Below, in pieces: positions 47,917 through 57,266 of a stretch of DNA of 64,000 bases. Below the pieces are notes generated by a model, which worked only from the letters and a program-made list of their open reading frames with translations, did no database searches and was not told the DNA's origin. The stretch is from positions 256,001 through 320,000 of the forward strand of contig CAWHDR010000001.1 of NCBI GenBank assembly GCA_963828165.1. The letters are read 5' to 3'. The number at the start of each line of letters is the position of its first letter. Positions within the stretch are counted from its first letter, which is position 1. The translations under genes were made by a program, and so were the position numbers. Origin of the DNA: an uncultured Chloroflexia bacterium (lineage in GTDB: Bacteria > Chloroflexota > Limnocylindria > Limnocylindrales > CSP1-4).

Positions 47917-50900
47917 TCAGGCGGCGTCCGACCCCGCGGCGAGGAGGAGCGTGGCAAGATCCCCGGCAGCCAGCGGGCGTGCGAAGAGGTACCCCTGGCC
48001 TAGCTTGGCGCCCAGGCGCACGAGGCGATCGAGTTGCTCTTCGGTCTCCACTCCCTCGGCGACGGTCTCGAGATGCAGGGTCTGCCCGATCTTCACGATG
48101 GAGCGGACCAGGGCCGCAGCCTGGCGCGACGTCCCGATGTCCGCGATGAACGAGCGATCGATCTTGAGCACGTCGATCGGCAGTCGGGACAGGTAGCTCA
48201 GCGACGAATAGCCAGTGCCGAAGTCGTCGATGGCGATCTGCACGCCCAGCGCCTTGAGGCCTTCCAATGCTGCCAGGCTCGCCCCGGCTTCCTCGACCAG
48301 GACGCCCTCCGTGATCTCGAGCGTCAGGTCTGCGGGTTCGAGACCGGACTCTTCGAGCGCCAGCTGGACGTGCTCGATGATCGAGCCGTGGAGCAGCTGA
48401 CGCGGCGAGATGTTGACGCTGAGTCGCAGGTCGTCGGGACCGTCGGCGGACGCGCGCCAGCCCTGGACCGTCCGGCAGGCCTCCACCAGGATCCATCGGC
48501 CAAGCGGCACGATGAGGTCGGCCGCTTCGGCAAGCGGGATGAACTGGGTCGGCTCGACGGCGCCGCGCGTCGGGTGCTTCCAACGTGCGAGCGCCTCGAC
48601 ACCGACGATCCGCCGCGTCGCCATCTCGACGATCGGCTGGTAGGCGACCGTGAGGTCGCCCCCGTCGATCGCCTGCTTGAGGTCGGCGCGCAGCTCGATC
48701 TCCGCCAGCCCCTCGCCCGCCATCGAGGCGTCGTAGATCTGCCACACCCCCTTGCCCCGGCCCTTGGCCGTGTACATCGCCGCGTCCGCCTCGCGAAGCA
48801 CGGCAGCGGCCTCCGACCCGGGGTGCCCGAACGCCAGTCCGATGCTGGCACGCGCGGTGATGCGGTGGCTCGCGATCTCGAATGGCGGCAGGAACGCCGC
48901 GATGATGCGGTCCGCCACGCGCGTCGCTTCCTCCTGGGTCGTCTGCTCCAGCAGGACCGCGAACTCGTCGCCGCCCAACCTGGCCGCCGTGTCACTGGCC
49001 CGGACGAGCTCGCCCAGACGACGCGCGACCTCGATGAGGAGGCCGTCGCCCGCCGCGTGGCCCAGCCCGTCGTTGATGAGCTTGAAGTCGTCGACGTCGA
49101 AGAAGATGACGCCGACGGCTGCCTCGTCACGCCGCAGGAGCGCGTGGTCGAGGCGATCGGTGAACAACGCGCGATTGGCGAGCCCCGTGAGTGAATCGTG
49201 GAACGCCTGGTGGCGGAGCTCGTCCTCGAGTCGCCGACGCTCGGTGATATCGTGGATCAACGCGCTGTAGTGCTGGGTGCCGCGGACCCGGACCGGCCAG
49301 ATGGTCAGTTCGACCGGGAAGCGCCGGTCGGCCCGGTCCATGGCGGTGACCTCGACCCGGCGGCCGATCAACGGGCCGGTCCCGGTCGCGCTGAACCGGC
49401 GGAGGCCGGTTTCGTGGGCCGCGCGCTGCTCCTCGGGGATGATGAGCTCGCTCAGGCGCATCCCCATCGCGTCGTCGCGTGACCAGCCGAACGTCTCGGT
49501 AGCACGCTCGTTCCAGTCCGTCACACAGCCCTCGCCGTCGATGGCGACATAGGCCGAGCTCGCGGTGTCGATGATCCGGCGCTGCTGTTCCTCGCTCGCG
49601 CGGACCGCCTCCTCGGCCTCCGTCTGTGCGGTGACGTCCATCAGCACGCCGTGGGACTGCAGGCGGCCATCGGGCAGTCGATGCAGGGTGGCCTCGTCGC
49701 GCACCCAGATCTCCCGCCCATCCCGGTTGCGGATGCGGAACGTCTGGTGCAGCGGCTCCCCGCTCATGAAGTGGACGTTCTCGGCCGTCGTGATCTTGGC
49801 AAGGTCGTCCGGATGAACGCGCTCGTACCAGAGCTCGGGATCGCTCATCAGTTCGGCCGGCGTGTAGGACAGCAGGTCGACCGCCTGCGGGCTGACGTAG
49901 GTCAGCGCCGAGCGGGGGGACTCGGCCGTCCGCCGCTCGTCGATGTAGACCATGGCGGGGATCCGCTCGATCAGCCTGCGGTGCCTCGCCTCGGCCGCGG
50001 AGAGGTGCTCCGCGGATGCCTCGGCCTCGCGGACGGCGTTCGTTCGTTCGCGAACCAGCAGCACCTGGCGGATCACTGCGGTGACGATCACGGCCCAGCC
50101 GAGGGGTCGGACGAGCAGGTTCTCGTCGCTCGTCGTCGTGGAGGCGACCAGGCACGCCACCGCGACGGCTACCGCGCCGAGCGGCAAGGCGTCGCGAAAG
50201 AACGTCGCCAGGCGGACGCTCTGCCACTCAACCCGGGACTCGAGTCGGAACGTGGCGCCGGCCAGACCGATGGCCATCGCTCCGATCGAGAACAGGTAGT
50301 TCGACCAGTGCCCGGGCGGCGTGATCACCGGGGCGGCGGCGACCCACTGCAGGTATCCGATGCCGTAGAGGAACGTTCCGATCAACAGGGCATAGAGCCC
50401 GCCGTCGCGAACCCGCGCCCGCGTCGCGAGTGCGGCGATGAGGCCGGCGCCCGAAATGGACAGGCACGTGATCGGGAAGCTCAGGAGCAAGGCCCCCGCG
50501 AGGAAGTCGTGGTCCGTGACGAGATACCCGAACAGCAACGTCACCACGGTCGCGATGGCGAGGAACGTGATCACGCAATCCAGGTAGAGGCCGAGCCGCT
50601 CGCGTCGATCGACCGCGTGCCGGACCGCGAGATCGAGCGCGAGCACGGCCGGGACCATGACCGCAAACGTCAGCAGGTCCGACGGAGATGGCACGACGAC
50701 GACGCCGAGCATGCCCTGGGTCAACCAGGCGATCTGGGCGCCGAGCCAGATACCGGACACCGCGGCGAGCCTGGCCCGGATCCGGCGTTCGAGACCGACC
50801 GAGGCACGGAAGCCGCGGAATGCGAGCGCGAAGCCCACCGCGTAGAACGCCGTCCAGTGCACGTTCTCCCAGAGGACGGCCTGTCCGTTGAGATCGACGA

Positions 50901-51012
50901 CCGTCAGGAGGGCAGCGCCCAGGCCGAGTGCCACGGCCACGACGATGCCGAACGCCCAGCGAGTCGAACGAGGAACCGCCGCGGGGGGAGCGGAGGGGTT
51001 CAGGGTGGCCAT
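47917..51012 (-). CDS. Membrane PAS-PAS-GGDEF-EAL diguanylate cyclase/phosphodiesterase
   Basis: About 9-10 TM, two PAS, RxxD I-site, GGDEF, EAL, DDFGTGYSS. Confidence 0.93.
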   Translation of the reverse strand: MATLNPSAPPAAVPRSTRWAFGIVVAVALGLGAALLTVVDLNGQAVLWENVHWTAFYAVGFALAFRGFRASVGLERRIRARLAAVSGIWLGAQIAWLTQGMLGVVVVPSPSDLLTFAVMVPAVLALDLAVRHAVDRRERLGLYLDCVITFLAIATVVTLLFGYLVTDHDFLAGALLLSFPITCLSISGAGLIAALATRARVRDGGLYALLIGTFLYGIGYLQWVAAAPVITPPGHWSNYLFSIGAMAIGLAGATFRLESRVEWQSVRLATFFRDALPLGAVAVAVACLVASTTTSDENLLVRPLGWAVIVTAVIRQVLLVRERTNAVREAEASAEHLSAAEARHRRLIERIPAMVYIDERRTAESPRSALTYVSPQAVDLLSYTPAELMSDPELWYERVHPDDLAKITTAENVHFMSGEPLHQTFRIRNRDGREIWVRDEATLHRLPDGRLQSHGVLMDVTAQTEAEEAVRASEEQQRRIIDTASSAYVAIDGEGCVTDWNERATETFGWSRDDAMGMRLSELIIPEEQRAAHETGLRRFSATGTGPLIGRRVEVTAMDRADRRFPVELTIWPVRVRGTQHYSALIHDITERRRLEDELRHQAFHDSLTGLANRALFTDRLDHALLRRDEAAVGVIFFDVDDFKLINDGLGHAAGDGLLIEVARRLGELVRASDTAARLGGDEFAVLLEQTTQEEATRVADRIIAAFLPPFEIASHRITARASIGLAFGHPGSEAAAVLREADAAMYTAKGRGKGVWQIYDASMAGEGLAEIELRADLKQAIDGGDLTVAYQPIVEMATRRIVGVEALARWKHPTRGAVEPTQFIPLAEAADLIVPLGRWILVEACRTVQGWRASADGPDDLRLSVNISPRQLLHGSIIEHVQLALEESGLEPADLTLEITEGVLVEEAGASLAALEGLKALGVQIAIDDFGTGYSSLSYLSRLPIDVLKIDRSFIADIGTSRQAAALVRSIVKIGQTLHLETVAEGVETEEQLDRLVRLGAKLGQGYLFARPLAAGDLATLLLAAGSDAA

Positions 51013-51111
51013 AGATGGTCGTGACCGTACGCTGGGACGACGCAGCCTACCACGGCCCATTTGGCCTACCGCCGTGCGGCATTCACCGTCGGATCACCCT
51101 GGCTGGGGCGC

Positions 51112-53352
51112 TCAACGATTCGTGTCGGCGGCGAGGTCGCGCACCACCGCGGCCAATGAGCGTCGGAGACGCCCGGGCATGGCTGGCAATCGCCGGTTGG
51201 CGATGAGGCGCCGGCCGACACGGCGAGCAGGGGCCGTACGCGGTCGCCCGCTCATGGCCACCGGAACGCCGACTGGCTCCGGCCCCGGCAGGACGACGGG
51301 CGATGGTCGCGGCGACAGGACTACGGCCGGCGACGGAGACGGCATCGCGCGGATGCGTGGCGCCCGTTCCTGGAACGTGGTCGGGATCGCGGCCCACGGG
51401 CGCGGGGATGCCGCGGCGGCGCGCCACCCATCCGGGTCCGCCGGGCGAAGGCGACCGTCCATGACGGCCTCGAATTCGTTGCCGTCGATCCGCTCCTGCT
51501 CGTAGAGGTACGCCGCCACGTCGCGGAGCCGGGGCATCTCGGCGATGAGGGTCCGACGGGCTCCGGTGTAGGCCTCGTCGAGGATGCTGCCGATCGCTCT
51601 CGCCTGTGCGTCTCGCACGTCGCGGCTGAAGCCTGCGGATTCGCCGACCAGGGTGGTGAGGATGCCCCGACCGGTCGCGCCCTCGTCGGAGGCTTCGGGA
51701 TCGCGACCCATGCCGAAGCGCAGGACCATGGTCGTGGCGATGCTCGTCGCCTTCTCGAAGTCGTTCGATGCGCCGCCGGTGACCTCGTGGAACAGCAACT
51801 CCTCCGCCACCCGGCCGCCCATCAGCGCCACGAGTCGGGCGCGCAGGTCGGTCTCGGACGGGAGGTCGTCGTCCTCGGAGCTCGAGACCGTGACGCCGAG
51901 GGCCTCGCCATGCGCGAACAGGCTGATCTCCTCGACGCGCCGCTTGTCACCGTGGAGGAGGCCGCACACGGCGTGCCCCGCCTCGTGGGCGGCGATGATG
52001 CTGCGCTCGCGGTCGTCCATCGAGCGCTTGCGCGAGGTGCCGAGGGCCGTCTTCAGCCAGCCGTTGTGAACCTGCATCGGACCGATCGCGTCGAGCCCGG
52101 TTCGCGCGGACAGGATGGCCGCTTCGTTGAGGAGGTCGGCGAGCATCGCTCCCGAGAATCCGTAGGTCTTGCGGGCGAGCGCGGGCAGGTCGACATCGGC
52201 GGTCAGCGGCTTGCCCTTCGCATGGACGGCCAGGATCGCCAATCGGCCGTCGCGATCGGGCAGCGGGACGTGGATCTTGCGCGTAAATCGGCCCGGGCGA
52301 AGGGCCGCCGGATCGAGCGTGTCGAGGCGGTTCGTGGCGCCGATCACGACGACGCCGTCGTTGGTCCCGAATCCATCCATCTCGACGAGCAGCTGGTTGA
52401 GGGTCTGCTCGCGCTCCTCGTGGCTGTCGGCGCCGCCCCTCGCCTTGGCCATCGCGTCGATCTCGTCGATGAACACGACGGCTCGGCCCGCCGCCCGGGC
52501 CTTGGCGAACAGCTCCCGAACGCGTCCCGCGCCGACCCCCACGTATTTCTCGACAAATTCTGAGCCCGAGACCGAGAAGAACGGGACGTCGGCTTCCGCG
52601 GCTACGGCCTTGGCGAGCATCGTCTTGCCGGTACCGGGCGGCCCGTAGAGCATCACGCCCCGGATCGCGGTGGCGCCCAGCCGGATGAACCGGCTCGGGT
52701 CGCGCAGGAATTCGATCGTCTCGGTCAGTTCCAGCTTGGCCTCGTCCGCGCCCGCGACGTCCGCGAGCGTGATGCTCGGGCGTTCCGCGACGACGGTCGC
52801 GTCAGTCCGGCGGCGATTGAGGTTGCGCGACGGACGCCATTTCCGAGCTGCCGAACCACGGACGCGCAAGAAGATGAGGATCGCCAGGACGAGCAGCGCG
52901 CCCGACATCGCCAGACCGACGAACGAGGGCATCGCACCGGCGCCATTTCCGGGGTCGAGAGCGATCGCCTCATCGGTCAGGAGTCGCGAGTAGCCAGCGG
53001 CGCGGATCACGTCGAGAGCGTCGCCGACGGGGACTTCCGGTCTGACGACGTGGATCGCACCGCTGGCCGTTCGCGCGATGAGCACGGGTGCAGGCGCACT
53101 CACCGCTGTTCCATTCGCCGGCGTCATGGCACTGATCGCGTCGATGTCGCCGCTGCGCGCCGCCCCGAGCACCTGGTCGAGCGTCCACCGGTCACCGGTC
53201 GTCGTGAACATCGGCGGCGTGCCTGTCACGGGGCCCGCGGCGCCCGCCGACCCGCCGCCGAGCACGCCTGTCAGGACGAGCGCGAGACCCGCGCCAGAGA
53301 GGAGGAAGGCGAGCAGGATCGCGATCACGCGCGGCGTGCGCAGGAAAGTCAA
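51112..53352 (-). CDS. ftsH: FtsH-family ATP-dependent zinc metalloprotease (divergent paralogue)
   Basis: 2 TM, GPPGTGKT, IDEID, RPGRF, HEAGH, GASND; TTG after GGAG. Confidence 0.88.
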   Translation of the reverse strand: MTFLRTPRVIAILLAFLLSGAGLALVLTGVLGGGSAGAAGPVTGTPPMFTTTGDRWTLDQVLGAARSGDIDAISAMTPANGTAVSAPAPVLIARTASGAIHVVRPEVPVGDALDVIRAAGYSRLLTDEAIALDPGNGAGAMPSFVGLAMSGALLVLAILIFLRVRGSAARKWRPSRNLNRRRTDATVVAERPSITLADVAGADEAKLELTETIEFLRDPSRFIRLGATAIRGVMLYGPPGTGKTMLAKAVAAEADVPFFSVSGSEFVEKYVGVGAGRVRELFAKARAAGRAVVFIDEIDAMAKARGGADSHEEREQTLNQLLVEMDGFGTNDGVVVIGATNRLDTLDPAALRPGRFTRKIHVPLPDRDGRLAILAVHAKGKPLTADVDLPALARKTYGFSGAMLADLLNEAAILSARTGLDAIGPMQVHNGWLKTALGTSRKRSMDDRERSIIAAHEAGHAVCGLLHGDKRRVEEISLFAHGEALGVTVSSSEDDDLPSETDLRARLVALMGGRVAEELLFHEVTGGASNDFEKATSIATTMVLRFGMGRDPEASDEGATGRGILTTLVGESAGFSRDVRDAQARAIGSILDEAYTGARRTLIAEMPRLRDVAAYLYEQERIDGNEFEAVMDGRLRPADPDGWRAAAASPRPWAAIPTTFQERAPRIRAMPSPSPAVVLSPRPSPVVLPGPEPVGVPVAMSGRPRTAPARRVGRRLIANRRLPAMPGRLRRSLAAVVRDLAADTNR

Positions 53353-53469
53353 GACAGGGCTCCAGTCGGATCGATCAGTGCTGTACGGGACCGTACCGCT
53401 CCACACCCCGGGCGACCATCCGTTGAAGGTCCCGCTCCCATCTACAGCGAATGGATGATGCAAGCCCGG

Positions 53470-54300
53470 TCAGGAACCTGCTAGCGCCGCGATGACGGCG
53501 TCCGAAAACGGCGGCCACGCGTCAAGCGCCCACGCGCCGTAGTCGCGATCGGTGAGGCAGACGAGCGCCGCATCCAGGGCCGGATCGACCCACAGGAATC
53601 CGCCAGATCCACCGAAATGGCCGAACGTCGCAGGGGAGTTCCGGCTGCCCGTCCAGTGCGGATCCTTGGCGTCGCGGAGCTCGAAGCCGAGGCCCCAGTC
53701 GAGGGGATCGAAGCGCCCGACCCCGGGCAGGAGCCCGATGAGACCCGGAAAGGCAGTGGCGGTAGCTGCTTCGAGGGTCGTGCGGGCCACGAGCGTCGGG
53801 CGCAGGAGCTCACGGGCGAAGGCGGCGAGATCGGAGAGTGGGCCGTGGAGTCCCTCGGAGGCCCGGGTGATGAGCTGCGTGCCGGTCATCGAGAGCGGGC
53901 CCAGGATCCTCCGCCCCAGGGCGTCCTCGAACGGGACGCCGTCGCGTTCGGCGAGCCGGGCGCCGAGGATGTCGAAGCCCTCATTCGAGTAGATCCGACG
54001 GGTTCCGGGCCGGGCGATGACGGTTTCGCCCTCGAATGGAAGGCCCGATGCGTGGGCGAGCAGGTGCCTGACCGTCGCGTCGGGCGGCCCCGCCGATTCG
54101 TCGAGATCGAGGAGGCCCTCCTCGACTGCATCCAGGACGGCGTACGCGGTGACGAGCTTCGTCACCGAGGCCCACCGGAAATCGTGGCGGACATCGCCGT
54201 GGCTCGCGATGAGGCCCTCACGGCCGACGACGGCCGCCGCGGCGTGCTCCGCCGCCCAACCATCGATCGTCCCCAGGGCTACGTCCAGTCGATCATCCAC
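53470..54300 (-). CDS. Serine hydrolase (beta-lactamase family)
   Basis: SVTK, LLAHASG, YSN, FGHFG. Confidence 0.9.
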   Translation of the reverse strand: MDDRLDVALGTIDGWAAEHAAAAVVGREGLIASHGDVRHDFRWASVTKLVTAYAVLDAVEEGLLDLDESAGPPDATVRHLLAHASGLPFEGETVIARPGTRRIYSNEGFDILGARLAERDGVPFEDALGRRILGPLSMTGTQLITRASEGLHGPLSDLAAFARELLRPTLVARTTLEAATATAFPGLIGLLPGVGRFDPLDWGLGFELRDAKDPHWTGSRNSPATFGHFGGSGGFLWVDPALDAALVCLTDRDYGAWALDAWPPFSDAVIAALAGS

Positions 54301-54327
54301 GGCGGCTGATGCTAGCCGCCGTGGATG
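54294..54327. repeat. 14-bp perfect inverted repeat over the -10 box and start codon of the serine hydrolase
   Basis: CATCCACGGCGGCT-gatgct-AGCCGCCGTGGATG. Confidence 0.85.
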
Positions 54328-54466
54328 CTTGCCGTCTGCGGGGTAAGGAGGCTGGTGCCAGCGCTGGCCACTCGAAGCCTCGCGACGTGTCCTGAGAACC
54401 GTCTGAGCGCGCCGTTCGTGTGGGGCTTGTCACAGGATCGACGCGATTCGCGCCTACACTTCGGGC

Positions 54467-55147
54467 ATGCAGTTCTTCCGCTCCAAGCCGCAAGCGCTCC
54501 CCTCCCCAGCCGAGGCCCTCCCGGGCCGTTCCGAGCCCATCGTCACTCCGGGCATCCACACCGTCCTCGGCACCCCGATCGCCGGCCCCTGGCCGGACGG
54601 CACGAAGACCGCGGTCTTCGGCGCCGGATGCTTCTGGGGCGACGAGAAGGATTTCTGGCAGCTTCCGGGCGTCGTCACGACCGCCGTCGGCTATGCCGGC
54701 GGACACACGCCGAACCCGACGTATCAGGAGGTCTGCTCGGAGCGGACCGGCCACGCCGAGGTGGTGCTGGTCGCGTACGACCCGTCAGCGATCTCGTACG
54801 AGCAGCTGCTCAAGAGCTTCTGGGAGCACCATGACCCGACGCAGGGCATGCGCCAGGGCAACGACGTCGGCAGCAGCTACCGCTCGATCATCATCGTCGC
54901 CGGCGACGAGCAGCGGGCGGTCGCCGAGGCCTCGAAGGCCATGTACCAGGAGCAGCTGTCGACGGCGGGGTACGGCTCGATCACGACGGAGATCGTCGAC
55001 GCCGCCTCGTACCCGTTCTACTACGCCGAGGACTATCACCAGCAGTACCTCGACAAGAACCGAGGCCCAGGAGCCTATTGCCCGGACCACCGGACCGGCG
55101 TGAAGTTCCCTGACGTCGTCGTGACGCCGCTGCAGTACGTGGACTGA
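54467..55147 (+). CDS. msrA: Peptide methionine sulfoxide reductase A
   Basis: [39 protein letters not shown]; TACACT 6 nt before the ATG. Confidence 0.97.
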   Translation: MQFFRSKPQALPSPAEALPGRSEPIVTPGIHTVLGTPIAGPWPDGTKTAVFGAGCFWGDEKDFWQLPGVVTTAVGYAGGHTPNPTYQEVCSERTGHAEVVLVAYDPSAISYEQLLKSFWEHHDPTQGMRQGNDVGSSYRSIIIVAGDEQRAVAEASKAMYQEQLSTAGYGSITTEIVDAASYPFYYAEDYHQQYLDKNRGPGAYCPDHRTGVKFPDVVVTPLQYVD

Positions 55148-55165
55148 GCCGCTCCGCAGCGAGGC

Positions 55166-55465
55166 TTAGGTTTTGGGCCGTTCCTTGGGCGCTTTCAACG
55201 GGATGTTACCCATCTCCGTGAGCGTTGCGACCCGCGCATCGTGGTCAGCCGCTCGCGCCATCCGCTGGAACTCTGCAGTCACAGCGTCGAGCGCAGCGGC
55301 CTGACGCTCGTACAAGTGGTGGTCTGCATCCGTCAACGGCCGTCCCGGCATCGCCCAGGGTCCACGTTCGACCATCCGCGAGTAGTGCTTGTAGTCGGCG
55401 AGCATCTGCGGGAGGTGCTGCAGCCACGTTTTGCTTCTGTCATTTGGTCCGACATCCCTGCTCAT
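55166..55465 (-). CDS. Hypothetical protein or fragment (insert cargo)
   Basis: ORF only; start uncertain. Confidence 0.4.
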   Translation of the reverse strand: MSRDVGPNDRSKTWLQHLPQMLADYKHYSRMVERGPWAMPGRPLTDADHHLYERQAAALDAVTAEFQRMARAADHDARVATLTEMGNIPLKAPKERPKT

Positions 55466-55509
55466 GCCTGTGCTTGTTACGTGTCGCCATGCCCGGAAGC
55501 GCACTGAAG

Positions 55510-55908
55510 TCACCCGGGAGCTAGGTCCTGAGTCGTGATGAGCATGATGCTTCTGGGGTCGTCGGCTGGCCCCTTTTGGCAGCCACCTTGAACAACGTCC
55601 CCAGCCCGAAACCGGACCGTGTTGCGCTCGTCGAGAACCTCCAGCTCCGGGGTGAAGCGAGCCGAGTATTGCGGGGGCCAGACGAGGTCAATGCGTCGAC
55701 CATCCGACAGCTCCAACCACGTGATACGCGGGTCGTCCGGGCTGCCAACGAGGGTGGCATCACTCAGGCCAACCCCACGACATGCGCTTGCGAACGCGGT
55801 GAAGGGTAGCGGTAGGGGTGGGGTGGGCGGCGATACGCAGGCAGTCAAACAAAGTCCTAGAAGCACGGCCGGAACCGTGCCCCTAGGACTCCTGAGCAAC
55901 CGGCGCAT
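55510..55908 (-). CDS. Hypothetical lipoprotein (insert cargo)
   Basis: Basic N-terminus, lipobox LTAC, LVWP..Y.ARF.P; start uncertain. Confidence 0.6.
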   Translation of the reverse strand: MRRLLRSPRGTVPAVLLGLCLTACVSPPTPPLPLPFTAFASACRGVGLSDATLVGSPDDPRITWLELSDGRRIDLVWPPQYSARFTPELEVLDERNTVRFRAGDVVQGGCQKGPADDPRSIMLITTQDLAPG

Positions 55909-56140
55909 CGTTGAAACCATGATGCGTTGACGGCTACGTCGGGTGCGTAAGTTCGGCCTCCTGACGAAGCTGCAACTCCGGGTCGTATCGCCAGCGCGAG
56001 TCACGCCAGAGTGCCGCTGCTCGCGAGGGACCGAGCGAACAAGCTCGACGATGGTGATGAGCGTCTGCTCGTGCTCCAGTTCGAGGCGTGCCATAAGCGC
56101 AGAATAGGGGTCGCCCCACCAACCGACAGGGAGATAGCAA

Positions 56141-56389
56141 ATGGCCCCGCGCGTAGTCCTGACCATCACGCCCGGGAACGACAAGTCATTCGAGACGAAG
56201 GTCCGGGAGGCAGTCAACGCCGTTGACGGTCCAATCGACTGGAGTGACGAAGCGCAGGCTCGCGCGGTCGAGGGGGAGGTTCGCCGGTCATATCCTGAGG
56301 CTGAGGTGATGGTGACGGACCACCCAATCAACCCGCCCACTTGGAACATATATCGCGACGGCGCCCCGCGACGCCTTCACCTCGATTGA
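56141..56389 (+). CDS. Small hypothetical protein (insert cargo)
   Basis: GGGAG RBS, 82 aa. Confidence 0.55.
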   Translation: MAPRVVLTITPGNDKSFETKVREAVNAVDGPIDWSDEAQARAVEGEVRRSYPEAEVMVTDHPINPPTWNIYRDGAPRRLHLD

Positions 56390-56413
56390 GGCGGCAATAC
56401 GCTGACCTAGCTG

Positions 56414-56502
56414 AGAACCCCCGCGGCTACTGCCCGAATCACTCGACCGGCGTGAAGCTGCCGGATGACTTCGTCGTCACGCCGCTGCAGTACGTGGACT
56501 GA
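56414..56502 (+). pseudogene. msrA: Displaced 3' end of msrA
   Basis: Encodes [28 protein letters not shown]; last 24 bp identical to 55124-55147. Confidence 0.9.
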
Positions 56503-56589
56503 CCGCCCGCGATCGTCGACACGTATGCTGGAGATGCGACTGATGCCTGTCACCCAGCCGACCCTTCTCCTCGACAAGCGCCGTGGGCT

Positions 56590-57246
56590 GTGATCGACCC
56601 TCTGTCGAGGCCGACGATCCCCGACGGACTCGTCACCGGCGGTGTCGTCGCCATCGCGAGGCGGCTCACGGCTGAGAGTGCGCCACACGTCGCCGATGCC
56701 CTCCTCGCCGGCGGCGTGCTGGCCTTCGAGATCACCCTCAACGAACCGGTCGATGCCGCTCTGCGTGCGATCGGATCGGTCGCCGGGCGTTCACCGGAGC
56801 TTGCCATCGGCGCCGGGACGGTGCTATCGATCGAGGCAGCGCAACAGGCCCTCGATGCCGGCGCCACCTTCCTGGTCATGCCGCACACCGAGCCCGAACT
56901 CGTCGCCTGGGCCGCTGCACGCGGGATCCCGACCTTGCCCGGTGCGGCCACGCCGAGTGAGGTACTGGTGGCGTGGCGCGCTGGAGCCGCCGCCGTCAAG
57001 GTCTTCCCGGCGTCCGTCGTCGGACCCGCGTTCGTGCGCGAGTGCCGTGGGCCGTTCCCGGACATCCCGCTCGTCCCGAGCGGCGGCGTGACCATCGATA
57101 CCGCCGCCGACTTCATCCGGGCGGGCGCCGTGGCCGTGGGCGTCGGCAGCTGGCTGATCGGCGACGCTGCGCCCGAAGGCGTCACGGCACGGGCGCGCCG
57201 GATCGTCGATGCCGTCGCGGCGGGACGAGCCGCCAGCCGTCCCTGA
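56590..57246 (+). CDS. eda: KDPG/KHG aldolase
   Basis: FEIT, GAGTV, PGAATPSE, VKVFPA, PSGGV. Confidence 0.9.
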   Translation: MIDPLSRPTIPDGLVTGGVVAIARRLTAESAPHVADALLAGGVLAFEITLNEPVDAALRAIGSVAGRSPELAIGAGTVLSIEAAQQALDAGATFLVMPHTEPELVAWAAARGIPTLPGAATPSEVLVAWRAGAAAVKVFPASVVGPAFVRECRGPFPDIPLVPSGGVTIDTAADFIRAGAVAVGVGSWLIGDAAPEGVTARARRIVDAVAAGRAASRP

Positions 57247-57266
57247 CCGCGAGGTCGACCGCCCGA

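Larger units (their letters stand above)
55056..56419. mobile_element. Integrase-less insert integrated into the 3' end of msrA
   Basis: AGAACC at both ends (55056, 56414); duplicated msrA 3' end; visibly more AT-rich. Confidence 0.7.

Noticed and set aside
55500-56410. Several CTAG tetramers as IS target sites
   Set aside because: No transposase or terminal repeats; CTAG also occurs at many ordinary TAG stops in the window
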